Positions 44,900 through 59,865 of a stretch of DNA of 64,000 bases are shown piece after piece (within the stretch, counting starts at the first letter, position 1; the number at the start of each line of letters is the position of its first letter). The DNA lies in contig CAVYGB010000008.1 of the NCBI GenBank assembly GCA_963767925.1, positions 320,001 through 384,000 on the forward strand, written 5' to 3'. Origin of the DNA: an uncultured delta proteobacterium. GTDB taxonomy: Bacteria > Myxococcota_A > Polyangia > Fen-1088. Under the pieces are notes generated by a model, which was not told where the DNA came from, searched no databases, and saw nothing but the letters and a program-made list of their open reading frames with translations. The position numbers and the translations under genes were made by a program.

Positions 44900-45660
44900 T
44901 GCTGGGGAGGGCCGGCGGGCGGCTGCTCCTGCTGGCGGCGGCGGTCGGCTGCAGCGCCAACGAGCCGATCTACTTTCCCGCCCCCGAGGTCCTCGAGGTC
45001 GGCGGCGGCGACGACCAGCCGGCCGCCGCCAGCCTATCGATCACCTTGCCCTTCCGGCCGCCCAGCGAGCAGGAGGAGAACACCCTGCGCGCAGAGCGGG
45101 ACCGCCGCATGGTCGACACGCCCTGGTTGCGCACCGAGAACGTCTCGCTCTCCCTGCGCTACACCCTCACCAATCTCGGCGATCGCGCGGCCAGCGCCCG
45201 TCTGGAGATCGACGGGGCCAGCGAGTTCGCCCGCTACGACGCCGGGGCCCTGCGCGCCGCCGCCGCCATGGACCCGGAGGGGGAGGAGGAGACGGTGCTG
45301 GCGCTCATCCGGCCGACGCCGATCCTGCTCGAGCCCGGCGAGGTGCGCTCGGGGACAGTGCGGGAGGACGACTTCGAGGAGGCGGCCCTCGACCTCGACG
45401 CCATCGGGCGCTTCGGGGCCACCCCGGCCGCGGTCCTCATCAATCGGTCGGAGGCCAACCCGATCGGCCTCGAGATGGTGCCAGCCGATCACATCCGGCC
45501 GGCCTTCTTCCAGGTGCAGGTCGGCTTCTCGGCCGGCAGCCACATGCGGCTCGAGCTCCTGCTGCGGGTCCGCGACGAGGCCCGGCAGCTCCTGCGCGAG
45601 CAGGGGGATGCCTTCGAGCCCGAGCCGATGGTCTACATGCCGGTGGTGCCGGCCCCGTGA
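44899..45660 (+). CDS. Hypothetical lipoprotein
   Basis: Lipobox AVGC. Translationally coupled to both neighbouring genes. Confidence 0.7.
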   Translation: MLGRAGGRLLLLAAAVGCSANEPIYFPAPEVLEVGGGDDQPAAASLSITLPFRPPSEQEENTLRAERDRRMVDTPWLRTENVSLSLRYTLTNLGDRAASARLEIDGASEFARYDAGALRAAAAMDPEGEEETVLALIRPTPILLEPGEVRSGTVREDDFEEAALDLDAIGRFGATPAAVLINRSEANPIGLEMVPADHIRPAFFQVQVGFSAGSHMRLELLLRVRDEARQLLREQGDAFEPEPMVYMPVVPAP

Positions 45661-46259
45661 TGGGACGGGCGCTGGCCGCGCTGGCCCTGCTGCTCGCCGC
45701 CGCCCCGGCCCGGGCGCAGGTGATGGGCGAGCCCGGTCCCTCGGTCTATCCCGACGCCGACAAGTTCGCCCGGGGCCTCTTCGTCGAAGCGGAGGCGGGC
45801 ACCGCCCTCTTCCTGGGCGAGGCCCGGCGCGCGCTCGGCCCGGGCGCGGCCCTCGGCGTTCGCCTGGGCTACGACCTGACCCGCTGGGCGGCCCTGGCCC
45901 TGCACGGGACCGGCTCCAGCCACGCCACCGACTTCCCCCAGCGCCCCCAGTCGGGCGAGCTGCTGCAGTTCTTCCAGGGGGCCGGTGAGCTGCGCCTCTG
46001 TGTGCCCTTGCGGCGCTTTTCGATCTTCGGGGTGGCGGTCGGGGGCATGGGCCGCTTCTCGACGAACCTGCTCGGGACCACCGGCCTGGCCCGCCCCGAC
46101 GCCCGCCTCACGCCGCTCTACGGCGGCCGCCTGGGCGTCGACTACCACACCGCCAGCCGGCACTTCTCCTTCGGGCTCTCGGCCGGCTTCGCCCGGCTCA
46201 CCCGCATCGACACGACCGGGGTGCTGGGCAGCGCCCTCTACCTGCGCTACACGCTCTGA
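45657..46259 (+). CDS. Small outer-membrane beta-barrel protein, GltH(CglE)-like
   Basis: Signal peptide, alternating beta-strands (RGLFVEAEAG, GVRLGYDL, LGVDYHT..HFSFGL), terminal LRYTL. Confidence 0.65.
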   Translation: MMGRALAALALLLAAAPARAQVMGEPGPSVYPDADKFARGLFVEAEAGTALFLGEARRALGPGAALGVRLGYDLTRWAALALHGTGSSHATDFPQRPQSGELLQFFQGAGELRLCVPLRRFSIFGVAVGGMGRFSTNLLGTTGLARPDARLTPLYGGRLGVDYHTASRHFSFGLSAGFARLTRIDTTGVLGSALYLRYTL

Positions 46260-46261
46260 CG

Positions 46262-47143
46262 TCAGCCCAGCCGCGCGCTCTTGAGGGCGGTGAGGATCAT
46301 CCGGGTCGCGGGCGACTGGTTCAGCGTGTAAAAGTGGATGCCGGGCGCCCCGGCCTGCAGCAGGTCGGCGCACTGGGCGGCGGCCTGGGCCAGCCCGAGC
46401 TGCATGATGGCGGCCGGATCCTCGCGGCGGCGGTCGAGCTCGGACCGCAGCGCGGGGGGGATGCCCGCGCCGGACAGGGCGGTCATGCGCTCGACCGAGG
46501 CCAGGTTGGTGATCGGCATGATGCCGGGCACGATCGGGACAGTGATGCCGGCCTCCCGGGCCCGGGCCACGAAGTCGAAGTAGCAGCGGTTGTCGAAGAA
46601 GAGCTGGGTGACGATGACGTCGAGGCCAGCCCGGGCCTTCGTCACGAGGTGTTCGAGATCGCGCTGGGGGTCCCGGCACTCCACGTGGGTCTCGGGGTAG
46701 GCGGCGCCGGCCACGCAGAGCCGGTCCCCGTATTCCCGGCGGATGAAGGCGATCAGGTCGGAGGCGTGGGCGAAGCCGTCCTTGGCGGTCTGGAACTGGG
46801 CCTGCCCGGCCGGGGGATCGCCCCGCAAGGCGATGACGTTCTCCACCCCGGCCGTGACCAGGCGGTCGAGCACGCCGGCGATCTCGGCCCGGCTCGCGCC
46901 CGCGCAGGTCAGGTGGGCCATCGCGGTGAGGCCGTCCTCCCGCTGGATGCGGGTCACGAGGTCGACGGTGAGGTCGCGGGTCGAGCCGCCAGCCCCGTAG
47001 GTCACCGAGACGAAGCCGGGGGCCAGGTCGCGCAGCTCCTGGATGGTTCGCTGCAGGGTCTGGGCGCCCTTGTCGGTCTTCGGGGGGAAGAACTCGAAGG
47101 AGAAGACGCGTCGGCCGGGGGCGTAGAGGTCGCGGATTTTCAT
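46262..47143 (-). CDS. metF: 5,10-methylenetetrahydrofolate reductase
   Basis: FSFEFFPPKT, SVTYGAGGSTR, AHLTC, ALRGDPP, AYPETH, TQLFFD, IVPGIMPI, HFYTLN. Confidence 0.95.
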   Translation of the reverse strand: MKIRDLYAPGRRVFSFEFFPPKTDKGAQTLQRTIQELRDLAPGFVSVTYGAGGSTRDLTVDLVTRIQREDGLTAMAHLTCAGASRAEIAGVLDRLVTAGVENVIALRGDPPAGQAQFQTAKDGFAHASDLIAFIRREYGDRLCVAGAAYPETHVECRDPQRDLEHLVTKARAGLDVIVTQLFFDNRCYFDFVARAREAGITVPIVPGIMPITNLASVERMTALSGAGIPPALRSELDRRREDPAAIMQLGLAQAAAQCADLLQAGAPGIHFYTLNQSPATRMILTALKSARLG

Positions 47144-47168
47144 CGGTGCTTGCTCGTCGGTTGCGGGG

Positions 47169-48236
47169 TCAGTCGTCGCGGGCGGCGATGCCCTGTCCGA
47201 AGCGTTCCAGGTGGCGGCGGGCGGCGGCTTCGTCGACGACGACGGTCTCGCCCCGGCGCTCGGGCGCCTCGAACATGATCTCGTGGCAGATCTCCTCGAT
47301 GAAGCCGCGCAGCGCGCGGGCCCCGGTCTGGCGCTCGCCGGCGAAGCGAGCCACCGCGCGCAGGGCCTCATCGGTGAAGTGCAGCTCGATGCCGTCCATG
47401 CCGAGCAGGGTCTTGTACTCCCGCACCGCTGAGTCGGGGGGCTCGACAAGCACCCGGTACAGCTCGTCTTCGCTGAGGGGATCGAGCTCCACCCGCACCG
47501 GCAGCCGGCCCAGGAACTCGGCCATCAGCCCGTAGTCGAGCAGCTCCTTCTCGGCGACCGGCCGGCGGCGCCGCTGCGGCTCGATCGAGGCGAAGCCGAC
47601 CGCCTTGCTCTCCTCGTAGGGGCGCAGGTCGGAGAAGGTCCCGGCGGCGATGAAGAGGATGTCCTGGGTGTCGACGACGACGAAGTCGTGTTTGTTCCAG
47701 TGCTGGGTGACGTTGAGGGGGACGAACAGCTCCCGCCCCTCGAGCATCTTCAGCAGGGCCTGCTGGACCCCCTCGCCGCCGATGTCCCGGGCGGCGCCGG
47801 TGCGGGCCCCCGGGCTGCGGCGGGCGATCTTGTCGATCTCGTCGATGAACACGATGCCCCGCTGGGCGCGCTCGACGTTCTGGTCGGCCCGGTAGAGCAG
47901 CTCGCCCACCATGACCTCGACGTCCTTGCCGTAGTAGCCCGCCTCCGTGTATTCGGTGGCGTCGGTGACGGTGAAGGGGACGTCGAGCAGCTCGGCCAGG
48001 GTGCGGGCGATGTGGGTCTTGCCCGAGCCGGTGGGCCCGATCAGCAGGACGTTGGACTTGCGCAGGAGGCGCTTGCCGTCCTGGGTGGGCTGCCGGCACC
48101 GTTTGAGGTGGTTGTAGGCGGCGATGGCCACGGTGCGCTTGGCCCGCTCCTGCCCGATCACGTAGCGGTCGAGGTGGGTGAAGATCTCCCGCGGGGTCGG
48201 GAGCGCCTGCTCGCCGGTGCGCGGGTACACCCTCAT
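47169..48236 (-). CDS. clpX: ClpX-like AAA+ ATPase lacking the N-terminal zinc-binding domain
   Basis: YVIGQERAK, KSNVLLIGPTGSGKT, FIDEIDKI, GEGVQQALLK, VGF loop, EFLGRLP, TGARALR. Confidence 0.85.
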   Translation of the reverse strand: MRVYPRTGEQALPTPREIFTHLDRYVIGQERAKRTVAIAAYNHLKRCRQPTQDGKRLLRKSNVLLIGPTGSGKTHIARTLAELLDVPFTVTDATEYTEAGYYGKDVEVMVGELLYRADQNVERAQRGIVFIDEIDKIARRSPGARTGAARDIGGEGVQQALLKMLEGRELFVPLNVTQHWNKHDFVVVDTQDILFIAAGTFSDLRPYEESKAVGFASIEPQRRRRPVAEKELLDYGLMAEFLGRLPVRVELDPLSEDELYRVLVEPPDSAVREYKTLLGMDGIELHFTDEALRAVARFAGERQTGARALRGFIEEICHEIMFEAPERRGETVVVDEAAARRHLERFGQGIAARDD

Positions 48237-48357
48237 CGCGACTATCATCGCACCATCGGGGCGATCCCGCTAGACGCGTAGGGACAGAGGCGACCTCCGC
48301 CGTCGCGCCCCCTGGACGTCTCACCGCGAGAGCGCGCGGCCGCCGGCGCCGCCCCGA

Positions 48358-48741
48358 TCAGCCGGGGCGCACCAGCCAGGTGGCCCACACGTCGGGTGTT
48401 ATCCCCACTGTGGCGCGGTCGCCGGCCCGCACGATCGGGGTGCGGAGCAGCAAGGGGTCGTCGAGGAGGACCTTCTCGATGCGAGGGCCGGTGGGGGCGG
48501 CGTATTTCAGGCCCCGGTCGAGGTAGCGCTTTCCGTCGCGGTCGAGGAGCTTGTCCACGCCGCCGACCGCCTGGGCGATCTTGCGGAGCTCACCGGCCGA
48601 GGGTCCCTTCTCGGCGATGTCGATGAGGTGGAAGGAGACCCGGCGCTCCTTGAAGAAGCGCTCGGCCTGGCGGGTGCCGGGACACTTGCGGGTCCCGAAG
48701 ATCTGCAGGAAGGGGAGGGGGCTGGCGGGGGTCATGGCCAA
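48358..48741 (-). CDS. ArsC/Spx/MgsR family protein
   Basis: IFGTRKCPGTRQAERFFKER, PLLLRTPIV. Confidence 0.82.
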   Translation of the reverse strand: MAMTPASPLPFLQIFGTRKCPGTRQAERFFKERRVSFHLIDIAEKGPSAGELRKIAQAVGGVDKLLDRDGKRYLDRGLKYAAPTGPRIEKVLLDDPLLLRTPIVRAGDRATVGITPDVWATWLVRPG

Positions 48742-48776
48742 GTCCGGGGCCAGGTTTTACCCGATCCGCAGGGTGA

Positions 48777-50137
<1,361 letters not shown>

Positions 50138-50179
50138 CCGGTAGCCGATAGGTAGCCCGGTGCCGGCGCCGCCGCCGGC

Positions 50180-50263
50180 AGCGGGTAGCGGGCAGCGGGT
50201 AGCGGGTAGCGGGCAGCGGGTAGCGGGCAGCGGGTAGCGGGTAGCGGGTAGCGGGTAGCGGGT
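50180..50263. repeat. Intergenic heptamer tandem repeat (AGCGGGY)x12
   Basis: Twelve units counted directly: nine AGCGGGT and three AGCGGGC. Confidence 0.95.
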
Positions 50264-50357
50264 AGCCGAGATCCGTTCGCTTGGAAGCGGGGACGGGGTT
50301 CGTGGTGATCAGGGGTGCGCCGGCGGACTGGACCAGATCCGGGCACCTCGCCAATTG

Positions 50358-50412
50358 TTCGCCCTCGCCCCGCGGTCTTCCGCGGGGAGAGGGTGGGGTG
50401 AGGGGTCTCCGG
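50358..50412 (+). repeat. REP-like extragenic palindromic element, copy 2
   Basis: ttcgccctcgccccgcgg-tctt-ccgcggggagagggtggggtgaggggtctccgg. Confidence 0.7.
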
Positions 50413-50421
50413 CCGTCCCGC

Positions 50422-51570
<1,149 letters not shown>

Positions 51571-51626
51571 GTGTTTCTCCTCCCCCCGGATTTTACTCCC
51601 CGCCCGGCCCGGGCGCTCCCCGCCGG

Positions 51627-51851
51627 CTACGGTTTGTCCGCTTGCTTGTCCGCTTGCTTGTCCGCTTGTTCGGCCGCCTGCTGGCGCTCGGCCCGCCGCC
51701 GGGCCCGCAGCTCCTCCCGCTCCTCGGCCCGCCTGGCCTCCAGGCGGACCGACTCCCGCGTGAGCTTGGCCCCCCAGATGAAGCCAAGCACCAGCCCCAG
51801 CGTGATCACGCCCGGGATGTAGATGAAATGGGCCGAGGAGGGCAGATCCAT
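51627..51851 (-). CDS. Small single-TM hypothetical protein at the end of the ccmABCD block
   Basis: HFIYIPGVITLGLVLGFIWG followed by a charged tail with QADK x3 (12-bp repeat at 51634-51669). Starts 4 nt after the upstream stop. Confidence 0.7.
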   Translation of the reverse strand: MDLPSSAHFIYIPGVITLGLVLGFIWGAKLTRESVRLEARRAEEREELRARRRAERQQAAEQADKQADKQADKP

Positions 51852-51855
51852 CGGA

Positions 51856-52119
51856 TCAGCGGCTGCCGGAGTCGACCCGCCGGCGCAGGGTCTCGAGCTC
51901 GCTGCGGGCCCGGCCCAGGCCCCGCGCGACCATCACCACGTACACCAGTACCGCCACCCACATGAACCCGTAGGCCCCCAGGATGTAGGGGTTGGGATCC
52001 ATCCGCTGGCGGGCCGCCTCGTTGACCGGCTCGTACTGGGCAAACACCGGGGTGGCCGCCGCCAGCAGGCTGGCGAAGGTTGCGGCCAGAGCGGCCAGGA
52101 ATCGCTTGTGTGGCTTCAT
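51856..52119 (-). CDS. ccmD: CcmD-like small membrane protein
   Basis: Follows ccmC with an ATGA overlap. YILGAYGFMWVAVLVYV followed by a basic helical tail. Confidence 0.65.
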   Translation of the reverse strand: MKPHKRFLAALAATFASLLAAATPVFAQYEPVNEAARQRMDPNPYILGAYGFMWVAVLVYVVMVARGLGRARSELETLRRRVDSGSR

Positions 52120-52811
52120 CGGGCAGGAACCTCCTCGGCGTCCTCGATCGCCATCTCGAGATCGGTCAGCGACGATCGGATGCCCTCCAGGCGCAGGCGG
52201 GCGGCCAGCAGCACTCCCCACAGGATCAGCAGGAAGAGCAGGGAAAGATAGAGCGCCGGCCGCATCGTGGGGTCCAGCTTGGGGACCACGCTGGTCGACG
52301 GATGCAAGGTCCGCCACCAGGTGGCGCTGACGTAGACCAGAGGGACGTCCGCCGCCGCGAACAGGGCCAGGGCCGCCGCCAGCTTGCGCGCGGCCGGGCC
52401 CCCGTATTTACGGGCCAGCAGGTAGGCGAAGAGCAGCAGCTCGAGCAGGAGGGTGGTCGTCTGGCGCGCGTCCCAGGTCCAGTACTTGCCCCAGGCGACG
52501 CGCCCCCACAGCGGCCCCGACACCAGAGCGCACAGAGCCCGAACAGCACCCCGATCTCGGCGCTGGCCAGGGCCAGGGCGTCGGAGCGGGCGAGTCCCCC
52601 GGAACAGGTAGCGCACGCTGGCGCCGCCGGCCACCAGCGTCGAGATCATCAGCAGCCAGGCGGTGGGCACGTGAAAATAGAAGATCTTCTGGATGGGCCC
52701 CATCACCGGCTCGATGGGCGCCCGGGCGATGATGAAGGGGATCGCCAGGAAACCCAGCCCGGCCACCACGGCGGCGACGAAAAACGGGGTGTCCGACGTG
52801 CGCTTCGGCAT
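52116..52811 (-). CDS. ccmC: Heme export/delivery protein CcmC; local compensating frameshifts
   Basis: QKIFYFHVP, tryptophan-rich WGKYWTWDARQT, WWRTLHP. Confidence 0.9.
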   Translation of the reverse strand: MPKRTSDTPFFVAAVVAGLGFLAIPFIIARAPIEPVMGPIQKIFYFHVPTAWLLMISTLVAGGASVRYLFRGTRPLRRPGPGQRRDRGAVRALCALVSGPLWGRVAWGKYWTWDARQTTTLLLELLLFAYLLARKYGGPAARKLAAALALFAAADVPLVYVSATWWRTLHPSTSVVPKLDPTMRPALYLSLLFLLILWGVLLAARLRLEGIRSSLTDLEMAIEDAEEVPAR

Positions 52812-52848
52812 GGCCACGAATAATACCGTAATCCCGCCCCCTGGACCG

Positions 52849-53588
52849 CTATTCCCCGGTCACCACCGGCTCGAAGGCCCACAGCCCGATGGCGATGAAG
52901 ACCACGTCCGCGGCGACGAGGAACTGGGTCCAGAACACGGCGCCTTGCAGATCCGGCATCGCCGGGTCGAGGAGCTGGCTGGTCCCCTGGGTGCCCGCCA
53001 GGAAGATCGGCACCACGACCGGGTAGAGCAGGCTGGCCAGCAGGGTGTCGCGGCTCTGGGCCCGCAGCAGGGCCGCCGAGAGCACGACGCCCGCCGCCGC
53101 GAACCCGATGGTGCCGAGCACGAGCTGCAGCCCCAGGAGCAGGGTGTGCCGGGTGATGTCGGCGTGAAACAGCAGCGCCGGCCAGCGCCACCACCGACAG
53201 CTCGATCAGCGCCATCAGCGTCACCGTGCCGAGCAGCTTGCCGAGGTAGATGGCCGGGCGGGAGACGGGGGACATCAGCAGCGAGCGGATCGACTCGTTC
53301 TCGCGCTCGCGATCGAAGGTGCGCCCCAGGGCCACCGTGCCCGAGAACAGCACCGACACCCAGAGGATGCCGGCGGTGACGCCGGGCTCGGGGCTGTCGT
53401 TGGCCCCGCTGATGAAGGCGAAGGCGAAGATCAGGACGATCAGCACCGCGAGGAACAGCGTGGTGTACAGCGATCTCCTGGCTGCGCCACTCGATGCGCA
53501 GGTCCTTGCCCAGGATCGCCAGGACGTCGGAGAGGAACTGGGCCGGCGAGCCCGCCCGGCCCCGGGAGGAGGCGCGCCGATCAGCCAC
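52849..53588 (-). CDS. ccmB: Heme exporter permease CcmB; frameshifted
   Basis: KDLRIEWRS, GILWVSVLFSG..RTFDREREN, IYLGKL, LLYPVVVP across frames. Confidence 0.87.
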
Positions 53589-54302
53589 CGGTGTGCTCGT
53601 CGTACAGGGCGCGCAGCTCGTCGGGACGGAAGCCCCCGGGCGGCCGGGTCTCGTCGCAGGGCCACCCGGCCGCGGCGCAGGATGACGACGTGTTCGGTGA
53701 CGGCGGCGGCCGCGTCGAGGTCGTGCGTCACGAGGATCGACGATGCGGCCGGCCTCCCGCTCGGCGGTGATCACGGTGGCCAGCCAGGCCGCCCCGGCCG
53801 GGTCCAGGGCCGAGCCCGGCTCGTCGAACAGCAGCAGATCGGGCTCCGCCAGCAGGGCCCGGGCCAGCGACAGGCGCTGCTGCATCCCGCGGGAGAACGT
53901 GCGGGCCGGGGCGTCGGGCCGGACCTCGGCCAGCCCGACCCGGTCGAGCAGGGCACGCGCCCGGGCGTCGGCGTCGTCGTAGCCGAACAGCGTCGCGAAG
54001 AGGCGAAGGTTCTCGCGGGCGGTCAGATCCCCGTAAACCCCGGGCTCGTGGCCGACGTAACCGATGCGGCTGCGCAGCGTCGAGCTGCGGCCCAGGCGGT
54101 CGTTGCCCCAGCTCACCGTCCCGCTGCTGGGCGGGACCAGGGTCGAGAGGATGCCGAGCATGGTCGACTTGCCGGCGCCGTTGGGACCGAGCACGGAGGC
54201 GACCCGGGCGGGCTGGAAGGCGAGGGACACGTCGTTCAGGGCCCGGTGTCGGCCGTACGACTTGCTGACCCGGTCGAGACGGAGCGCGGCAGACGCGGAC
54301 AT
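53581..54302 (-). CDS. ccmA: Heme exporter ATP-binding protein CcmA; frameshifted near the 3' end
   Basis: GPNGAGKST, YVGHEPGVYGDLTARENL, FSRGMQQR, LLFDEP, THD. Directly upstream of ccmB. Confidence 0.87.
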
Positions 54303-54422
54303 TGGCGCCCAGTGTGAACCATTTGGCCGCGCCCGCCTATTTCCTAAGTTCCAGGTGGGGGGCCGGGGGTCATTGACGGTCACGGGCTACAAAGCCATCC
54401 TTGCAACGAGGAGTAGCCCCCC

Positions 54423-54863
54423 ATGCGACTTCCTACCGTTTTCGCTCTCATTTGCGGCCTTCTGCTCTCCGCCACCACCCTCGCGCAGGAGGTGAGCGGC
54501 AAGAAGAAGGAGACGACCCGCGAGACAACGAAGCAGACCACGACGAAGGAGCCCCCCGCCGCGGACAAGCCCGCGCCTTCGCCCCCGCTCAACGCCTGCG
54601 GCTGTTACGAGGACAGCAATGCGGTCTGCCACTGCACCAGGAAGAACCGCTGCGGCTGTCCCGGCGAGTGTGAGCCCACGGGCTGCGAGGACAAGCGGCG
54701 CAAGGAGCTCGAGAAGGAGGCTCAGGAGGAGCTCAAGCGCCAGCGCGAGGACGACAAGAAACGCAACGCCGAGCTCGCCAAGAAGCAGGACGACGAGGAG
54801 AAGAAGGACGCCCAGAAGCGCGAGCGGAGCCTGCGCGGCCTCCGCCTCGTCGAGCCCCGGTAG
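54423..54863 (+). CDS. Small exported protein with an 8-Cys motif and charged coiled coil
   Basis: GAGGAG RBS, signal peptide, CGC-x8-CHC-x5-CGCPGEC-x4-C, then an E/K/R-rich helix. Confidence 0.78.
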   Translation: MRLPTVFALICGLLLSATTLAQEVSGKKKETTRETTKQTTTKEPPAADKPAPSPPLNACGCYEDSNAVCHCTRKNRCGCPGECEPTGCEDKRRKELEKEAQEELKRQREDDKKRNAELAKKQDDEEKKDAQKRERSLRGLRLVEPR

Positions 54864-54870
54864 CGCGGCC

Positions 54871-56601
54871 TCAGGCGGCGCTGGCTTCCAGCTTGGCCAG
54901 GTCCCGGTAGACGAGCTCGAGCTTGCCGACCAGCTCGCGCCGGCGCTCCCCCTGCCGGCCGTTGGCGCCCGCGCGGGGCTCGGCCGACGCTGGCTGGGCC
55001 TTGCGCTCCCGCTCGAGGGCCACAAGCTCGGCGAACAGCTTCTCTCGCCGCTGGGCGAGCGACGCGCGCTCCACGCCGGCGCGATCGCTGCCCCGAGGGG
55101 GGCCCGAGAAGACCACCGCGGCGACCAGGAAGAGAATGCACAGGGTCGACGCGACCATGCGGCCGGTGTAGTCGCGCGCGGGGACGCCGATGATGTCGAG
55201 GTTGAGGATCCCCGCGGCCGCGACCGGCGCCGAGGTGTAGATGTTGACCGCGTTGCCTTCGCCGTCGCGATCGTCGGGCAGCCGGCGTACCCCCGGCCCC
55301 TCGAGCGAGAGCCGGTCTTTGGCCGGCACGAGGATCAAGGGTTCGGGGAGGGCGACCGGAAGCCGCTGGCGCAGCTCGAGGGTCGACGCGCCGCTGGACG
55401 GCAGGATGTAGCCGAAGCGCACCTGGGTCACGAAGCTGGCGGCCGAGTCGGGGGGGATGGGGCTGCGCAGCCGGACCCGTCCCGCCGCGATGTCGAGCTG
55501 CTCGCCGCCCTCCAGCTCCTGGGCGCCGGTGGCGCCCTCGGGCAAGGTGAGCACCAGCCCCTCCTCGCCCGCATCGAAGATGTCCCGGGAGGTGTTGCGC
55601 AGGAAGAGCGCCATCATCACCGCCACCGAGTCCTCCCGCACCTGCAGGATGACCTTGCTGCGGGGATCGAGCTGCAGGGCCGAGGGGGCGGAGGTCCGGG
55701 CCAGGGCCACGATCTGTCCCCGCATCCCGGTGTCGGAAGGCATCCGGAAGGGCTGGGTGCCGAGGCGCAGCCCCTCGTGGTCGGTGACCGCGGCGTACCC
55801 AGCCGCCTCGCCGGTCAGGAGGTCCTTGAAGGTGGCCCGCCCGGCGCCGTCGGAGACGGCCTCCTGGACGCCCACCTCCCGCTCGGGCTGGGGGCCGTTC
55901 TGGGCCGCCTTCAGGCGCACCTGCGCGAGCTGCACCTTGCGGCCGACCAGGGGTTGCCCCCCGGCGTCGCGCAGATCGATCTGGAGGGTCCCGACCGGCA
56001 GCTCGGGCGTGGGGGCCACGGTGCCGGTGGGGGCGCCCATGCGAAAGGCGTCCGGCTGGGCCGCGCCCGGAGCGGCGCCGGCCCCGTGACCGGCCGCCGG
56101 GGGGGGCTCGCTGCCGGGGGGGCCCAGGCCCGCGATGAGCATGATGCGGGCGCCTCCCGTGCGGGGCAGCGGGAACCGGACGGTGTCGAGGCGTTCGCCG
56201 TCGACCGTGACGGTGGCCTGGAAGTCGGCCCCGGTGGGCAGGTTCTCGAAGGTGACCCGCCCGTCGGCGCCGGTGCGGGCGGAGCCCGATCGCGCCTCGC
56301 CGGAGGGCATGCGGGTGGTGGAGGTTACCTCGACGCCCGCCACTGGATTGGCCGGGCTCTGGCGGACGACCCGCAGCGACACCGTGCCGTTAGGCAGATC
56401 GGCGACCGGCAGGGGCCGGCCCGACATGGCCCGCAGATCGGGCATCTGCGCACGCGCCGGCGACACCGCCAGCGGCGACACCGCCAGCGCGAGGCAGAGC
56501 AGGCGACGCGGGAGGGCCTGGCGGGCCCGGCTCGCCGCGGACGCGAACCGCCCGGGGGACGCGATGGCCTGACGTTCTACGAAGCTCGTGGTCGAGGTCA
56601 T
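54871..56601 (-). CDS. Exported protein with two carboxypeptidase-regulatory-like (Ig-like) domains and a C-terminal TM plus coiled coil
   Basis: Signal peptide, repeated TGADGRVTFENL / SDGAGRATFKDL, TM LCILFLVAAVVF, RREKLFAELVALE. ATGA overlap with the upstream gene. Confidence 0.72.
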   Translation of the reverse strand: MTSTTSFVERQAIASPGRFASAASRARQALPRRLLCLALAVSPLAVSPARAQMPDLRAMSGRPLPVADLPNGTVSLRVVRQSPANPVAGVEVTSTTRMPSGEARSGSARTGADGRVTFENLPTGADFQATVTVDGERLDTVRFPLPRTGGARIMLIAGLGPPGSEPPPAAGHGAGAAPGAAQPDAFRMGAPTGTVAPTPELPVGTLQIDLRDAGGQPLVGRKVQLAQVRLKAAQNGPQPEREVGVQEAVSDGAGRATFKDLLTGEAAGYAAVTDHEGLRLGTQPFRMPSDTGMRGQIVALARTSAPSALQLDPRSKVILQVREDSVAVMMALFLRNTSRDIFDAGEEGLVLTLPEGATGAQELEGGEQLDIAAGRVRLRSPIPPDSAASFVTQVRFGYILPSSGASTLELRQRLPVALPEPLILVPAKDRLSLEGPGVRRLPDDRDGEGNAVNIYTSAPVAAAGILNLDIIGVPARDYTGRMVASTLCILFLVAAVVFSGPPRGSDRAGVERASLAQRREKLFAELVALERERKAQPASAEPRAGANGRQGERRRELVGKLELVYRDLAKLEASAA

Positions 56602-57244
56602 GGCGTCCCCGGGGCGGTTTCGGTGGCCGCCGTGGTCAGCGCCTTGCCGCACTTGTTGCAGTAGCGGGCGTCCTTCTCGTTCGGCGTGCTGCAGCCAGGG
56701 CAGCTCGAGCGGGCGGCATCCAGGGCCGAGAGGCGGGTCTTCAGCTCCTGCTCGATCAGGGTCTTGAAGTCGTCGCCCGCGTCGATCTGGCTGATGATGC
56801 GCAGGGCCCGCGCCCGATACCGATCGGTCATCTCCTTGTAGTCGGCCTCGCCGATCTTCCGCATCTGGAAGTCGTGCTCGATCTCGCGGATGGCCTTCAG
56901 CACGAGCACCTTTTCCCGCTCCAGCTCGCGCAGCCGGGTCGACTCGGTGGCCCGCTCGCTGCGCTGGGCGGCCGCCGTCGGCCGCACCAGCGGGTCGAGC
57001 ATGCGGAACAGGGCCATTCCGCACAGGGCGAGGGTGAGCCCCCCCAGGGTCAACATCAACAGCGGCGCCCCCGCGCCGAGGCCAGCGACCAGCGTCCCGT
57101 ACAGCAGCGCCGCGGTGGCGCCCAGCAGGACGATGGCCCAGCCCCGGAGCCGGGCCCAGCGGCCGGGAGGGGCGACGGCGGATCCCGCCGAGGCCGGGCT
57201 TTCGTCGCCGGCCGCAGTGGGGTGGGCGGTTTCGACCGAGGGGC

Positions 57245-57248
<4 letters not shown>
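56598..57248 (-). CDS. Membrane protein with a CcmI-like helix and C-terminal zinc ribbon
   Basis: Two TM helices, LKAIREIEHDFQMRKIGEADY, CPGC..N..DARYCNKCG. Confidence 0.75.
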
Positions 57249-59790
<2,542 letters not shown>

Positions 59791-59865
59791 GGGTCACCTC
59801 TTCAACCGAGAATTGTCCGGCAACCCGGATTCTTCCGGGGATCCGGGCGAAAGCGCCGCCGGACG

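Noticed and set aside
50180..50263. Possible CRISPR array
   Set aside because: Contiguous 7-bp units with no spacers, and no cas genes in the window.
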